From positions 13,592 to 77,591 of the forward strand of contig JAGXIW010000008.1 in NCBI GenBank assembly GCA_024635475.1: DNA of 64,000 nucleotides, given 5' to 3'. The notes below the pieces were generated by a model, which saw only the letters and a program-made list of their open reading frames with translations, ran no database searches and was not told where the DNA came from. The stretch is from a bacterium. Lineage in GTDB: Bacteria > Patescibacteriota > Gracilibacteria > BD1-5 > UBA6164. A program made the translations under genes and the position numbers. Shown here piece after piece: positions 1 through 11,360 of the stretch. The first letter of the stretch is position 1. Each line of letters starts with the position of its first letter.

Positions 1-170
1 TTTTTGAATTGTTTGATATCTTTAAGTCAGAATCCATACTTTTTTTATTTGTATCCGAAACACTAAACAAATCATCAACACTTCTTGGGCTTGTTCAAAT
101 TTTGTTTATTCCAGATTTATCTAAAAAAGTTTGTAAATTCACTGTATTATGAATAAAGAATAAAGAATAA
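1..170 (+). CDS. 3' end of an unidentified protein-coding gene (partial, continues upstream of the window)
   Basis: Frame 3 is open for 55 codons (...LVQILFIPDLSKKVCKFTVLGIKNKE*) with one TGA read as Gly, and ends at TAA 168-170. It is followed by the hairpin at 203-236. A frame this long is unlikely by chance in such AT-rich DNA. No domain recognised. Confidence 0.4.
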
Positions 171-202
171 AGATTAATTACTTATAAATATTATCATATA
201 AA

Positions 203-236
203 CAAAAAAAACTCTATGATTAGTAGAGTTTTTTAG
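203..236. terminator. Bidirectional rho-independent terminator-like hairpin between convergent genes
   Basis: Stem AAAAAACTCTA (205-216) pairs with TAGAGTTTTTT (224-234) around a 7-nt loop. A/T runs lie on both sides. It sits between the + gene ending at 170 and the - gene ending at 282. Confidence 0.6.
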
Positions 237-281
237 TGTAAAATGTCTTGACAAGTTAGTGAATTAAGATAAATGGCTAAC

Positions 282-3200
282 TTAACTAATTATTTCTAAG
301 TTTATATCTTCGCTTGCCTTATTTCCTGAATTATCAATTGCTTCAATTTTTATTGTATGAGTTCATACTTCTAAATTTGTTCAAGAGATAGGGAAAACAA
401 AGCTTCTATCTGTTAATCATAGTTTTAGAGGTTTACCATCTATATAAATATTTATAGATTTTATTCCACCATTATCATCAACTTCTCATCTTAAATTAAA
501 TTCTTCTCAAGAATTATATAACTTGATACTTTTATCAATTGGATTTTTAATAGTTATTGTAGGGGCAATATTATCTTGATCCACGATTTCTATTTCTTTT
601 GTTTCATCTGCAGAATAATATTCACTATTAACAGCTCTTATCGTTATGTTATACACTCATTTGTAATTATCTGGAATTTCAAAAGTTCATTTATATGATC
701 ATTCATTTTTTCATAGTAGAGTAATTTCATCTATTTTTATTTCATCTAATAATATATTTATTTTAATTATAGGAGAATCAGATCTATAAGCTAACTCTAT
801 GTAATTCGTTCAAACTAATAATTGGTCTTTATCATTTATTTTTGAAGCTATTTTGATATTTCACATATCTGGAAATTCTTCTCTTTTACATATAGTATCT
901 TGAATTGTATCATCAGAATCAACCAATTCTCATAAAGTGTCTTTATATTTTCAGCTTTTAACCCATTCTTGTATTGGTCATTCCCATGCTTTATTTTCTG
1001 GAAACAGAGAATGAACATCAACAGTATAGATTTCTTTTATTCATGCTATTGGAGTTAATTCACTTATTTTTCAATTACATAAAGCATCTACTTTTATTGT
1101 TTTTAATCCAGTTCATTTTCACTCAGGCAGATTTTTAAACATAGATACATTCGTTAAATCTTCTCTAAATCATTCTTCCGTAGCATTTCAAGTCAATTTA
1201 GAAATTGTCATTGTTTTAACTCAAGAAGGCATTTTCCAATCCAATGCTTTTTTATCTTTATGAGCATAAGTCATAAAATCTCTCCAAATTGGTCAAGCTG
1301 CATTTAATCAATCTCAACTCATATTTACCTCTCTTCAATCAGTATTTCATACCCAAACTACAGTAGTAATTTGAGGAGTATATCATATAGTCCATAGATT
1401 TCTCGGCAGTTTTATTTTTTTACCATTTTTTTCATATTGTTTTGTTGAAGTACCAGTTTTTGCAGCCACTTTTCTACCTGAAATAGATATAAAGTTATTC
1501 CATCAAGCAGGTCTAGTTGAGGTATCACTAAGTATAGAATTTATTATATAAGCAGTTGCAGAATCTAAAACTTGTTCTTTTTTTGTTGTTTTAATTTTTT
1601 CTTCTATAATTACTCATTTAGAATCAAGTATTTTTAATATAGGAGTAATTTCTTTTTTCTCTCATAAATTAGCAAACACAGTGTAAGCTTTTGCCATTTC
1701 AAAAGGAGTAACTTCAACTGTTCAAAGTCAAATAGATGCTCCATATCTGCCATCATCAGCAATATTGTAAAATCAAAGTTTTGTAGCCAATTCAACAACT
1801 TTCTTTTCTCATCATCATAAGTATACCATTTTGATAGCAGGAATATTTCTACTATTATTTAATGCTGTTGATACATTCATAAGTCAGTTAAATTTTCAAT
1901 CAAAATTAGATGGAGTATAAGATCATGGGAAATTTGTTTGTAAATCAAAAATAGGAGTTTTTGATCAAATAGTATTAAAGTCTATAGCTTGAGCATAAAC
2001 AAAAGGTTTAAAACTAGATCAAGGTTGTAATTTTGATGTTATCATATTTACATTTCATCAATTTTCTATATCAAAATAGTCTTTTCATCATACCATAGCA
2101 AGTATTTCTCAGTTTATATTGTCTATACTTATTAAGGCATCATTATATGCACCAAATCTTTTGGCATTTGTTTCTCCATATTTTTCTATTAACTCTTCTG
2201 CTTTATTTTGTAATTTTGAATCTATAGTTGTATATATTTTCAATCAACCTGAATCCATAAATTCTTTACCATATTTTTTTTCCAGATATTCTTTTATATA
2301 AAGTACAAAATGAGCAGCTTTTATTCTTTCTTTATTTTTTTCAAATTTAAATCAAACTGATTGTATAACTGCTTTTTTATAATCATCAAATTTTATATAA
2401 TTATCTTCTAACATTCTTTGAAGAATAAAATCTTTTCTTCAAGTTTGATATTCTACAATTTTTCATCCATTATCTATTTGTATGCTATTTAAAAATTCAA
2501 GTAGTTTAGAATAATCAAACAAAGAACATCAATCTCCATCTATTATAAAAGAATTTTTTTTATGATTTTCTTTATTTATTCAACAAATAAGATTTGTATT
2601 ATCAGAAATCTTTTTTGATTTTAAATTATCTACATATTTTAAAAGAGGACTTATATCATTTGCATAAGTGAGTTTATCTTTTTCATTTAGGATTTTTATC
2701 TGATTTGCAGGTTCTTTTTTATCATATATATATACATAACCGAGTAATCTATCTGCATGTGTATAAGGGGAATAGTAAGAAGGTCATTTTGGTAAAGAAG
2801 CCAATATACTTGACTCTAATACTTCTAAATCTTTTGCTGATTTTCCAAAAAATGTCTTTGCTGCTTGTTCAATACCATATGAATTACTTCAAAAATCAAT
2901 TTTATTTAGGTATAATTCCAATATTTTTTCTTTTGATAAAGAAGAACTCAATTTATATGATAAATATATTTCTTTGATTTTTCTTTCTACTTTTCTTTCA
3001 CTTCAAATTAGAGTATTTCTTATTAGTTGTTGAGTTATAGTGGAAGTTCATTCAACTTTATCAGTTTTTCATAAAGCATAATAAACAAAAGCTCAGAGCA
3101 TTCTCTTTAAATCAACTCATGAATTTTTTAAAAAAGTCTTATCTTCTCAAGCGACAAGAGCATTCACCATATTTTTTGAAATGTTTTCATAATTTACATA

Positions 3201-3473
3201 AGTTCTATTTTCTTTATATATTTTATAAAGTTCATTTCAATCTCTATCATAAATAATAGATGATTTTGCCAAATTTAATTTTTCTAGGTCTTTTACATCA
3301 GGTAGTGGTAAAATATATTTTATATAAATTATTATTGTAGATAATAGTAATAATAAAGACAATCATATAATAGTATATAATCATATTTTTTTAAGTTTAT
3401 CTTTATTATCAAAAAAAGATTTATTTTTTTTATATTTTATAAAACCTGATGAATTATGTTTGAATCTGTTCAT
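282..3473 (-). CDS. Class A penicillin-binding protein (bifunctional glycosyltransferase/transpeptidase, PBP1A-like) with a long C-terminal extension
   Basis: With TGA=Gly the frame runs from ATG (complement of 3471-3473) to TAA (282-284), 1063 codons. It has an N-terminal TM helix, GT51 motifs (EDKTFLKNSGVD, GTSTITQQL, RKIKE, KEKILELYLN) and the transpeptidase SxxK motif (LQPGSSFKPFVY). The C-terminal ~300 aa look like beta-rich Ig-like repeats (...HTIKIEAIDNSGNKAS...). I translated 3473 to ~1950 and ~720 to 282 explicitly; the middle was not checked codon by codon. Confidence 0.85.
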
Positions 3474-3506
3474 AATAATAGTAATTAATTAATAATCAAG
3501 GAATAA

Positions 3507-3597
3507 TTGTCATTCTGAGTGATTAGCGAAGAATCCCTTAAGCGATGTTTAGTGTATTTATTAAGGTTAAAGGGATACTTCGTTATACCAGAGTATA
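3507..3597. repeat. Palindromic intergenic repeat element, copy 1 (GTCATTCTGAG...CGAAGAATCCCTTAA / TTAAAGGGATACTTCG)
   Basis: TTGTCATTCTGAGTGATTAGCGAAGAATCCCTTAAGC ... TTAAAGGGATACTTCGTTATACCAGAGTATAG. The left arm is near-identical to the copies at 5665-5700 and 45618-45708. The inner arms CGAAGAATCCCTTAA and TTAAAGGGATACTTCG are complementary. It is visibly GC-richer than its surroundings. Confidence 0.75.
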
Positions 3598-3630
3598 GTA
3601 ACATAAAACCTATATCCTATGTTCTACATT

Positions 3631-5055
3631 TTATTCTTCTTTCTCTTCTCAATTAAAATCTGTTATATCTTTTAAATCTTTTCATATAATTATCTCTATT
3701 TTTGTATTTGGATTTTTAGAATAACGAGGTTTCTCAATTTTTTCATATTTTCACTTAATAAAAAGTTTTAGAGCATCAAGAGTTTCTGTATTATCTCATA
3801 GATTATTATATAAAATAGTTGTTTGTTCATATAAAACTCAATCAGTATTTCAAATAGAATCTTTCTCAGGGATGTTAAAACCAAATTGTTGTAAATCATT
3901 CGCTAAGTATAAAGCTTGATTTGCTACTGGCATTGAATTAAAAATATTTATTTCTTGTTTATTAGTAAAAACTCAAGAGTAATTAAAAATAATATTTGAA
4001 AATCTCTGAATTTCGCCGTATTTTTCTAAACTATAATAACTGGCTCATCTAGGTATTACCACTGATGCTCATCAAAATTGTTCCATAGGAGGAGTATAAA
4101 GTATTCATCATACAGCACAAACAGAAGCTCAATAAACACAAGAATTATTTAAATTTAAAGAAATTATATTATCTTTATCTCATAGATCTTCAAAATCAGA
4201 AGCAATTTTTAAAATTCAATTCAGTCATATATCTGTTGTAAAATAAGGACTAATTGTATTATACATCTTTTTTATTTTTATAGGATTTTTAAAATATCCT
4301 TCAGAAATCATCTTTTCTTTAATTGCAGAAAGTATTTTATGTTGTCTAAGGGATCTATCAAAATCACTTGTAGTATGTCTACTTCTAGCATATTTTAATG
4401 CAGTTTCTCAATCAATTAACCAAGTTCACTTTTTTAATATAAAAGTTGTATATCATCAACTTGGAGTAGGATAAGTATAATCAGCTATACTTTCAGAAAC
4501 TTCTACTGTAACTCATCACAATAGATCAACAATCTGTTTAAATCATGAAAAATCTATATTTACATAATAATCTATTTTTTCTCAAGTAATTTGGCTAATT
4601 TTGTTTTTTAGATATTCCATAGCTTGATTTTCACCTTTTTCAGGAGACAGATAACTTGCATATATTCAATTTATTTTACCATACCTAGTATTATCATATT
4701 TAACATATAAATCCCTTGGAATTGATAACATTGAGATGATTTTTTTATCTAAATCAATCGATGCTAAAATTATAGAATCAGTCAAGTTTCAACCATTATG
4801 ATTAGCTCATCATCTTCAAACTAAAAGTATCTTTATTTTATTATCATCGCTTTGATTAGGAGTTATATCAAATTTAAAACTGCTTATTATGCTTCATAAA
4901 TTGAAATTGAAATCAAAGTTTTTTATATTTTTAACAATAGATATTCATAAAAAACATATGACTCATATAGATATAAATCATGTCAAAAAAAGTATGCTTT
5001 TTTTAAAATTCCACACAGTGGTCTTTATCTTTTTAGTTTTAAATCACACAGGCAT
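3631..5055 (-). CDS. LytR-CpsA-Psr (LCP) family cell-wall glycopolymer ligase
   Basis: 474 aa, ATG complement 5053-5055, TAA complement 3631-3633. N-terminal TM helix followed by LCP hallmarks: ILLVGRGGANHNGGNLTDSIILASID, SMLSIPRDLYV, YGKINGIYA, IDYYVNIDFSGFKQIVDLLGGVTVEV, ALKYARSRHTTSDFDRSLRQ. Confidence 0.85.
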
Positions 5056-5252
5056 CTTTTATTAGTTTCTAAAATCAACAATTCTTTGAATATTTTTCAA
5101 ATACTTTTTTGGAATTCTTTGTAATTATATGAAAAAAATATTTTTTTTCAAAATTAAATTGAATTATTTTTTAGAAAAAAAATTGAAATTTATAAAAAAT
5201 ATGTATACTTAATTTTGAAATACAAAAATAATTTATTTTTTATATTTTTTAT

Positions 5253-5657
5253 ATGTCAGAAAATAGCATAATAGTAACTGAAAATGAAGTTGATAAACTG
5301 GTTTTAGAACTTTTAAAACTACATTTAGATGTAGTAAGTGTAGATGAAAAAGATTTTTTGGATTTACTAAAACATAGTCTTTCTTTAAATACTATGGAGA
5401 AAAAAAGAGTGATTGATGCAACTCCTACACTTTCTCAATTTCAATTTGATGAATTAAAAAAAGTATTTATAGAAGAAAGAGAAAAATTCAGAGAATTATC
5501 AAAAGAACATCCAGACGACATAAAAAAATTACTTGTAAAACAACAAAAAGAATGGTTACAATTATGAGATTTATATAAAATGGAAAAGGAAGATACAAAG
5601 AAAAAAGAACAAGATAAAAAACAAATTGATGATCTAAAAAGTCAGTTTGGATTGTAG
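5253..5657 (+). CDS. Hypothetical charged/coiled-coil protein (134 aa)
   Basis: The track ORF 5253-5567 continues through TGA (5566-5568, Gly) to TAG 5655-5657. Lys/Glu-rich sequence with no recognisable domain. Confidence 0.6.
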
Positions 5658-5664
5658 TTCTGTG

Positions 5665-5700
5665 TTGTCATTCTGAGTATAACGAAGAATCCCTTAAACA
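5665..5700. repeat. Palindromic intergenic repeat element, copy 2 (left arm only)
   Basis: TTGTCATTCTGAGTATAACGAAGAATCCCTTAAAC lies directly after the stop of the 5253-5657 gene. I could not find a matching right arm downstream. Confidence 0.65.
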
Positions 5701-5776
5701 TGGGAGTTTAATAAATTTAAAAAATAATTAAAGCAATTTAGAGTTCTAATAATCTAAAATTCTAATTCTTAAAAAA

Positions 5777-6694
5777 ATGAAGTATTATTTTTGTGTATTA
5801 TCTAAAAAACCACTTAGAGTTGATATGTACCTATCAACTCTTTTTACTGATTTTTCTAGAAGTTTTATACAAAAAATTATAGATAGAGGACAAGTTAAAA
5901 TTAATTGAAGTGAAATCAAAAAAAATATAAAGATAAAAAATACAGATGAAGTATCTATAGAAATAATTATAGAAAAATCAAAAATAGAAGCAGAAAATAT
6001 AAATCTAGATGTGGTTTATGAAGATGATAATCTGATTATAGTTAATAAAGATGCTTGAATAAATACTCATCCAGTTCCTGGTGAAAATGGTAAAATATGA
6101 ACTTTAGTAAATGCTTTACTTTATCATACAAAAAATTTAGCAACAATAAATTGAGAAGAAAGACCTTGAATAGTTCACAGATTGGATAAGGATACTTCAG
6201 GTTTAATTATGGTGGCTAAAAATGATAGTATGATGAAATATTTACAAAATATAATACAAAAAAGAGAAATAGATAAGTACTATATAGCTATAGTTAATTG
6301 AATAGTAAAAGACAAAAATTTTAAAATCGAAAGCTTTATTGGTAGGCATCCAACTGACAAGATTAAGATGACTGCTAAAAATCCAATAAATCCAAAAATA
6401 GCAATTTCCTATTGAAAAGTACTTGAATATATAGATGATAAATACACTGTTTTAGAAATAAAAATCGAAACGGGAAGAACTCATCAAATTAGAGTTCATT
6501 TATCAAGTATAGGATTTCCAATAATTTGAGACAAAGTTTATGGAAATAAAGAAGTAAATAAAGAAGTATTGAATAAATACTGATTAGAAAGGCAGGCATT
6601 ACATTCTAGAAAATTAGTGATTGAACTTTATTGAGAGAAAAAAGAATTTATCTGAGAGTTAAAAAATGATATGAAGAAAATAGTAGAAAAATAA
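5777..6694 (+). CDS. rluD: RluA-family 23S rRNA pseudouridine synthase (RluD-like)
   Basis: 305 aa. S4-like N-terminus (RVDMYLS...SRSFIQKIIDRGQVKINGSEI) and a catalytic core with [60 protein letters not shown]. Confidence 0.85.
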
Positions 6695-6777
6695 ATATAG
6701 TTTATATATAAATAAAAAAGTTGATTTTTTTATATAAAAATTATAATAAATCTAGATTAATTTTTAATTAGTACTTA

Positions 6778-7362
6778 ATGGAAAATTTTTTAAAAGAAAT
6801 TGTTAAATGAAATAAATTTGAACTTTTGATTGATAGTAATATATTTTCAAAAGAAATAGTATTAAAAGCTGCTTATAATTTTTTGGATAAAGGTTATTTT
6901 TTCTTTAAATTAGATAAAGATAATAATATAATTTTGCAGTTTACAGTAAAAGATGGAATAAAGGAATCTCCTGAAAGTATTATCTGAGATTTCTCAGATG
7001 AGATTTTATCTGTGTATTTAAGGGATAAATTAGAACATGATAATAAAGATATAAGAGAAAAAATAGTTTGAGCAGCAATTGCAAATAGTATAGATTCAAA
7101 ATGATTTACTCAATTTGATACTGATAGACAAGATAATCAGGAACAAAATCAAATAGATTTTGATAAAGATATAGATGAGATTTTGAGAGAAATAGAAAAT
7201 GATCCAGAATTAAAAATAGATGAAGAAGAAATAGAAAGAATACTTAAAGAAATAGAAGAAGAAAGTAATATGATAAATGATGATAAACCAATTATTAATT
7301 TAGATATGGATGCTATAAAAGAAGTAAAAGAAAAATTTAAGAAAGATAAAAAAAGTAACTAA
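6778..7362 (+). CDS. hxsD: HxsD-like small protein with an acidic low-complexity tail (His-Xaa-Ser system accessory protein candidate)
   Basis: 194 aa. The N-terminal ~110 aa (IFSKEIVLKAAYNFLDKGYFFFKL ... DEILSVYLRDKLE) resemble, from memory, the HxsD family (TIGRFAMs TIGR03976, LLNDYxLRE-type motif). The remainder is a D/E-rich tail. It lies immediately upstream of hxsB- and hxsA-like genes. Confidence 0.5.
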
Positions 7363-7386
7363 AAAAATAGTTTTTAATTATAATAA

Positions 7387-7584
7387 ATGTCAAAAAAAAG
7401 TTTAAAATTGGACAAAGAAATATACAATGAAGAAGTTATAAGACAAGCTATAGAAGATTTTAAAAATATAGCTTTTATAACTTACAAAAATTTTGAGATA
7501 ATAGTAGAATGAGAATGAGATTTAGAAGAGATTTTGAATGAATTTATGAACTATTGTTTAGGTTTGCAAAATGAATCAATTTAA
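7387..7584 (+). CDS. Second small HxsD-like protein (65 aa)
   Basis: MSKKSLKLDKEIYNEEVIRQAIEDFKNIAFITYKNFEIIVEGEGDLEEILNEFMNYCLGLQNESI. It has the same (V/I)xxAxxxF plus (I/L)LN(D/E)(Y/F) pattern as the preceding gene. Gene 25 bp after the previous stop and 23 bp before hxsB. Confidence 0.4.
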
Positions 7585-7607
7585 TTAATAAGTAAATCAA
7601 TGAAATT

Positions 7608-9143
7608 ATGTTTGATTTGGAAAAAATAAAAAAAATTAAAAGTGATAAAATATGATTTTTCAGATTCAAGAAATTTGATGAAAGTACATATCTTATTACT
7701 AATGATATAGCTAAGTATTCTTTTTTAACTAAAGAAGAATTTAATGATTTTATATCTTGAAAAATAGTTTCTTGAGTAAAATATGATGAGTTATTAGAAA
7801 GAAAATTTATAAAAGATGAAAAATATGAAACAGATATGTCTTTTGCTTATGCAAAGAAAAATAAATTTCTAGCATATTGACCATCTTTGCACATAATAAT
7901 TACAACACTTAGATGTAATCATAAATGTAAATATTGTCATGCAGCAGTAGCTCCAATGACAGCAACAGAAATGGATATGACGCAAGAGACAGCTAAAAAA
8001 GTAGTTGATACTATATTTTATACTTCATCAATAGATTTAACTATTGAATTTCAATGATGAGAATCTTTGATCAACTGGGATATTGTTAAATATATTGTAG
8101 AATATGCTGAAGTAAAATCTTTTCATTTGAGTAAAAATATAACTTTTGCTTTGGTAACTAATCTTACTTTGATGGATGATGAGAAACTGGACTATATATT
8201 GGCTCATAATATACATATTTCTACTTCTTTAGATTGAGATGAAGAGACTCATAATTATAATAGAACTTTTAAAAATGGTAATAGTTTTGAACAGGTAACT
8301 AATTGGATAAAAAAAATAAATGATAAATATGGTGAAATAGATTCTGTAAATCCTGATTTCAATTGAAAAATTATAAGAAAAGTGGGAGCATTATTAACTG
8401 TTACAAAAAAAACACTTTCAAAATATAAAGAAGTTATTGATACATATGTTTCTTTATGATTAGATTGAATATTTTTAAGACCATTAAATCCTTACTGATT
8501 TGCAGCTTCTGATATAGAAAAACTTTGATATACAAATGAAGAATTTATAGATTTTTACAAGAAATCTATGGATTATATAATTGAGTTAAATAAAAAATGA
8601 GTTGATATAAGAGAAAATTTATCAAGTATATATTTAAGTAAAATTTTAACTGATACAGATCCAAATTATCTAGATGAAAGAAGTCCTTGTGGTGCTTGTA
8701 TATGACAGGTTGCATATAATTATGATTGAAAAATATATAGTTGTGATGAATGAAGGATGTTTGCCCGTATGTGAGATGATAGTTTTTTAATGGCTGATAT
8801 TAATAATAGTGATTTTTCTGAATATCCATGACACGATACTTACAATAAGATGATAAATAGTGAAACAACAAAAACCATGGTTCAGGCAAGTACTCTAGAT
8901 TGATTGCCTTGATATAATGACAGTGTTTATAAGCCATACATCTGAGTATGTCCTATTCACTCATATAAGACTAGTGGTAATATTATTCCAAATTATTCTA
9001 AAGATTATAAAAAAATACTTGATTACGCTGTTTTGGATTATATATTTAATAAGCTTAGGGATAAAGAAATTTTGGATTATTTTAAAAAATGGATAGTTAG
9101 ACCGTGAGATGCTTCAGTTGTTAGTCAATGTGAAATTATTTAA
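7608..9143 (+). CDS. hxsB: Radical SAM/SPASM maturase, HxsB-like
   Basis: 511 aa. The N-terminal FRFKKFDESTYLITNDIAKYSFLTKEEFNDF is typical of HxsB as I recall it. rSAM motif LRCNHKCKYCHA (CxxxCxxC), IEFQGGESL, and a SPASM-type Cys cluster SPCGACIGQVAYNYDGKIYSCDEGR ... GVCPIHSY. Directly followed by the His-Gly-Ser repeat peptide gene. Confidence 0.75.
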
Positions 9144-9174
9144 ATAACTTAATTTAATATTTAATTTATATATT

Positions 9175-9567
9175 ATGTCAGAAGATAAGAAAAAATTGTT
9201 CCCAAAAATAAAAAAGAAATTAAAATGATTTCTTACAGAAGAAAGTGGTAAAATGAGCAAGAAAGATGCTTTATGATTAGGTGTTTGAGTGATGTTATTA
9301 AGTGTGATTGATGAGGTCGGGGCAACTAATCCTACAACAAACCACAGTAATAATCATACTAAATGTAATGTTTCAATGACAGCTGGAGCGGTAGTTAATC
9401 ATGCAAGTTCAATTGTAAATTGACATTATAGTGCGACTCCTGCCGCAAATGTTACTTTTTCACATGGATCACATGGAAGTCATGGATCACATGGATCACA
9501 TGGAAGTCATGGGAGTCATGGATCACACGGGAGTCATGGATCACATGGAAGTCATGGGCAGTGGTAA
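9175..9567 (+). CDS. hxsA: His-Xaa-Ser repeat precursor-like protein (HxsA-like); C-terminus is (Ser-His-Gly)x11 followed by Gln-Trp
   Basis: 130 aa: MSEDKKKLFPKIKKKLKGFLTEESGKMSKKDALGLGVGVMLLSVIDEVGATNPTTNHSNNHTKCNVSMTAGAVVNHASSIVNGHYSATPAANVTF(SHG)11QW*. ATG 9175, TAA 9565-9567. It sits between HxsB-like and HxsC-like radical SAM genes. Confidence 0.8.
9460..9558 (+). repeat. Coding 9-bp tandem repeat (11 units) encoding Ser-His-Gly
   Basis: Units are TCA/AGT CAT/CAC GGA/GGG. Ser codons alternate between the two codon families. All 11 Gly codons are GGA (8) or GGG (3), and none is TGA. Confidence 0.95.
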
Positions 9568-9591
9568 TTTTATTTTTATAAATAAATTTAA

Positions 9592-10290
9592 ATGAAAAAA
9601 ATATATTTTTGATTGAGTCTATTTATTAACCTATCTTTAGTTATTGTACTTGTTTTTAGTTTAATAAATAATAAAAATTCAAATAATTTTTGAACTTGAA
9701 TTAATGATAAATTTAATTCTTGAAATTTAAGTAAATCTTGAATTTTAATAAAAAATGAAATAAAAAATTTTTCTAAAGAAGAATTAGAAAAAGAATGTAA
9801 AAAGATTATTGATTGAAAAAAATCAAATTTCATTGAAAAAACAGAATTATATTCTTTATATAAAGATATTAATTTAGATAATTTAAAAAATAACAATGAA
9901 TATTTAGCTTTATTGAATTTGAAAAAATTAAATTGTGAATTTTTTAATTGAAATGATTATTATAAAACTTGTAATATTTTAAAAACAAATGATATTAAAA
10001 ATATTGATAATAATATAATAAAAGATGCTTATGGTAGAACATTATTAAAATCGATGATATTAGGTTTTAATAAATGTGATGAATTATCTAGTCAAAAAGA
10101 AAAGAAAGAATGTAATATATATTTTAATAATTATATTGATTTAGAAAAATTATATACATGATCGATAATATGATCATCGTCTGTTGAAGTTTGAAGAATA
10201 TTTAATGATTTGTGAGAAAAAATTTTTTTAGAAAAATTAAATAAGGAATTTATAGAAAAATGTAATAAATTAGATTTTTCAAAAGAATAG
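9592..10290 (+). CDS. Hypothetical membrane-anchored protein (232 aa) inside the Hxs cassette
   Basis: ATG 9592, TAG 10288-10290. N-terminal TM helix (FGLSLFINLSLVIVLVFSLI) followed by an Asn/Lys-rich domain with 6 Cys. No recognisable family. Confidence 0.6.
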
Positions 10291-10361
10291 AATATTTTCT
10301 AAATGTATTATTTTTTATAATATCAATAAAAAATGCTTTAAAATTAATAATTATTTAATAG

Positions 10362-11360
10362 ATGAAAAAAAATAATTTTCCATTTGAGCATATTACATTG
10401 ATTATGACAAGAGATTGTAATTTAAAATGTGAATATTGTTCACTTAATCATACAAAAATTAATATTACTAATGAGATATTAGACATATTTTTTAGGAAAA
10501 TAATTAAATATAATAATTATAATTTAAATATTACATTATTCTGATGAGAACCATTATTAAATAAAAAATGAATCGAACATATTTATGTACTATTGAAAAA
10601 GTATATGAAAGAGTTTATCGGGAATAATATTTTTATTTATTTGAAAATTCCTTCAAATGGGACCTTATTAAATAATGATTATATAAAATTATTTAATAAG
10701 ATAAAATCTTTAAATTTTATAAATTTATCATTTAATATAAGTATTGATTGAGATAAAACAACTCAATTAAGACAAAGAAATTATGCAAAAAAAAATTTAG
10801 ATTATTATGAAATTTTAAAAGAAAATATAAAAATGTTGGTTCTGAATAATTTTGATGTTGAATTATCGACTGTATTAGCTTTTTCTAATGATAATTTTTT
10901 TGATGATATTGTTTATTTGATTAAAAAATTTAAATTACCAATTTTTCTAATGCCTATGCAATTAACATCAGGTTATATTGTTGAATGTGAAAATATAAAT
11001 AACCATATAAAAAAATATTTAATAAATATTGAAAGAACACTAAAATTAATAAAAATAAATAAATTAGATAGATTCATTATTAATTTTTCTTCTTATGTTG
11101 ATGTTGTAACTCCTTCAATTGGTCCTACAGTTGATGTAAATGGTGATATTTATACGACTAGATCATTTATGTTTTCTCTTGATAGAAGTGAAAAATTTTT
11201 TAAAATTTGAAATATAAAAAAAATGGATTTAGTTAATTATTTTATAGATAATGATATAAAAAAAATTGAATTTGAAAGTTTTAAATTATTTTATTGAAAA
11301 ACATTTTTGATCAATAAAAGTATTTGAGACTTTTTTACTAATTTAATTTATAGTAAATAA
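10362..11360 (+). CDS. hxsC: Radical SAM protein without a C-terminal Cys cluster, HxsC-like
   Basis: 332 aa. TRDCNLKCEYCS (CxxxCxxC), LFGGEPLLNK, later GPTVDVNGDIYTTRSF. No SPASM/twitch cysteines, as expected for the second rSAM of an Hxs cassette. Its stop overlaps the next start (TAATG). Confidence 0.65.

Noticed and set aside
3480-5776. GC-richer intergenic patches could be tRNA or other small RNA genes.
   Set aside because: They are the palindromic repeat element. No cloverleaf (acceptor stem, T-loop GTTCRANNC) could be drawn, and I found no tRNA- or rRNA-like sequence anywhere in the window.
9460-9558. The 9-bp tandem repeat could be taken for a microsatellite/VNTR or a mini CRISPR-like array.
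   Set aside because: It is in frame within a 130-codon ORF and has no spacers. Synonymous variation (TCA/AGT, GGA/GGG, CAT/CAC) preserves a perfect Ser-His-Gly protein repeat, so it is a coding repeat.
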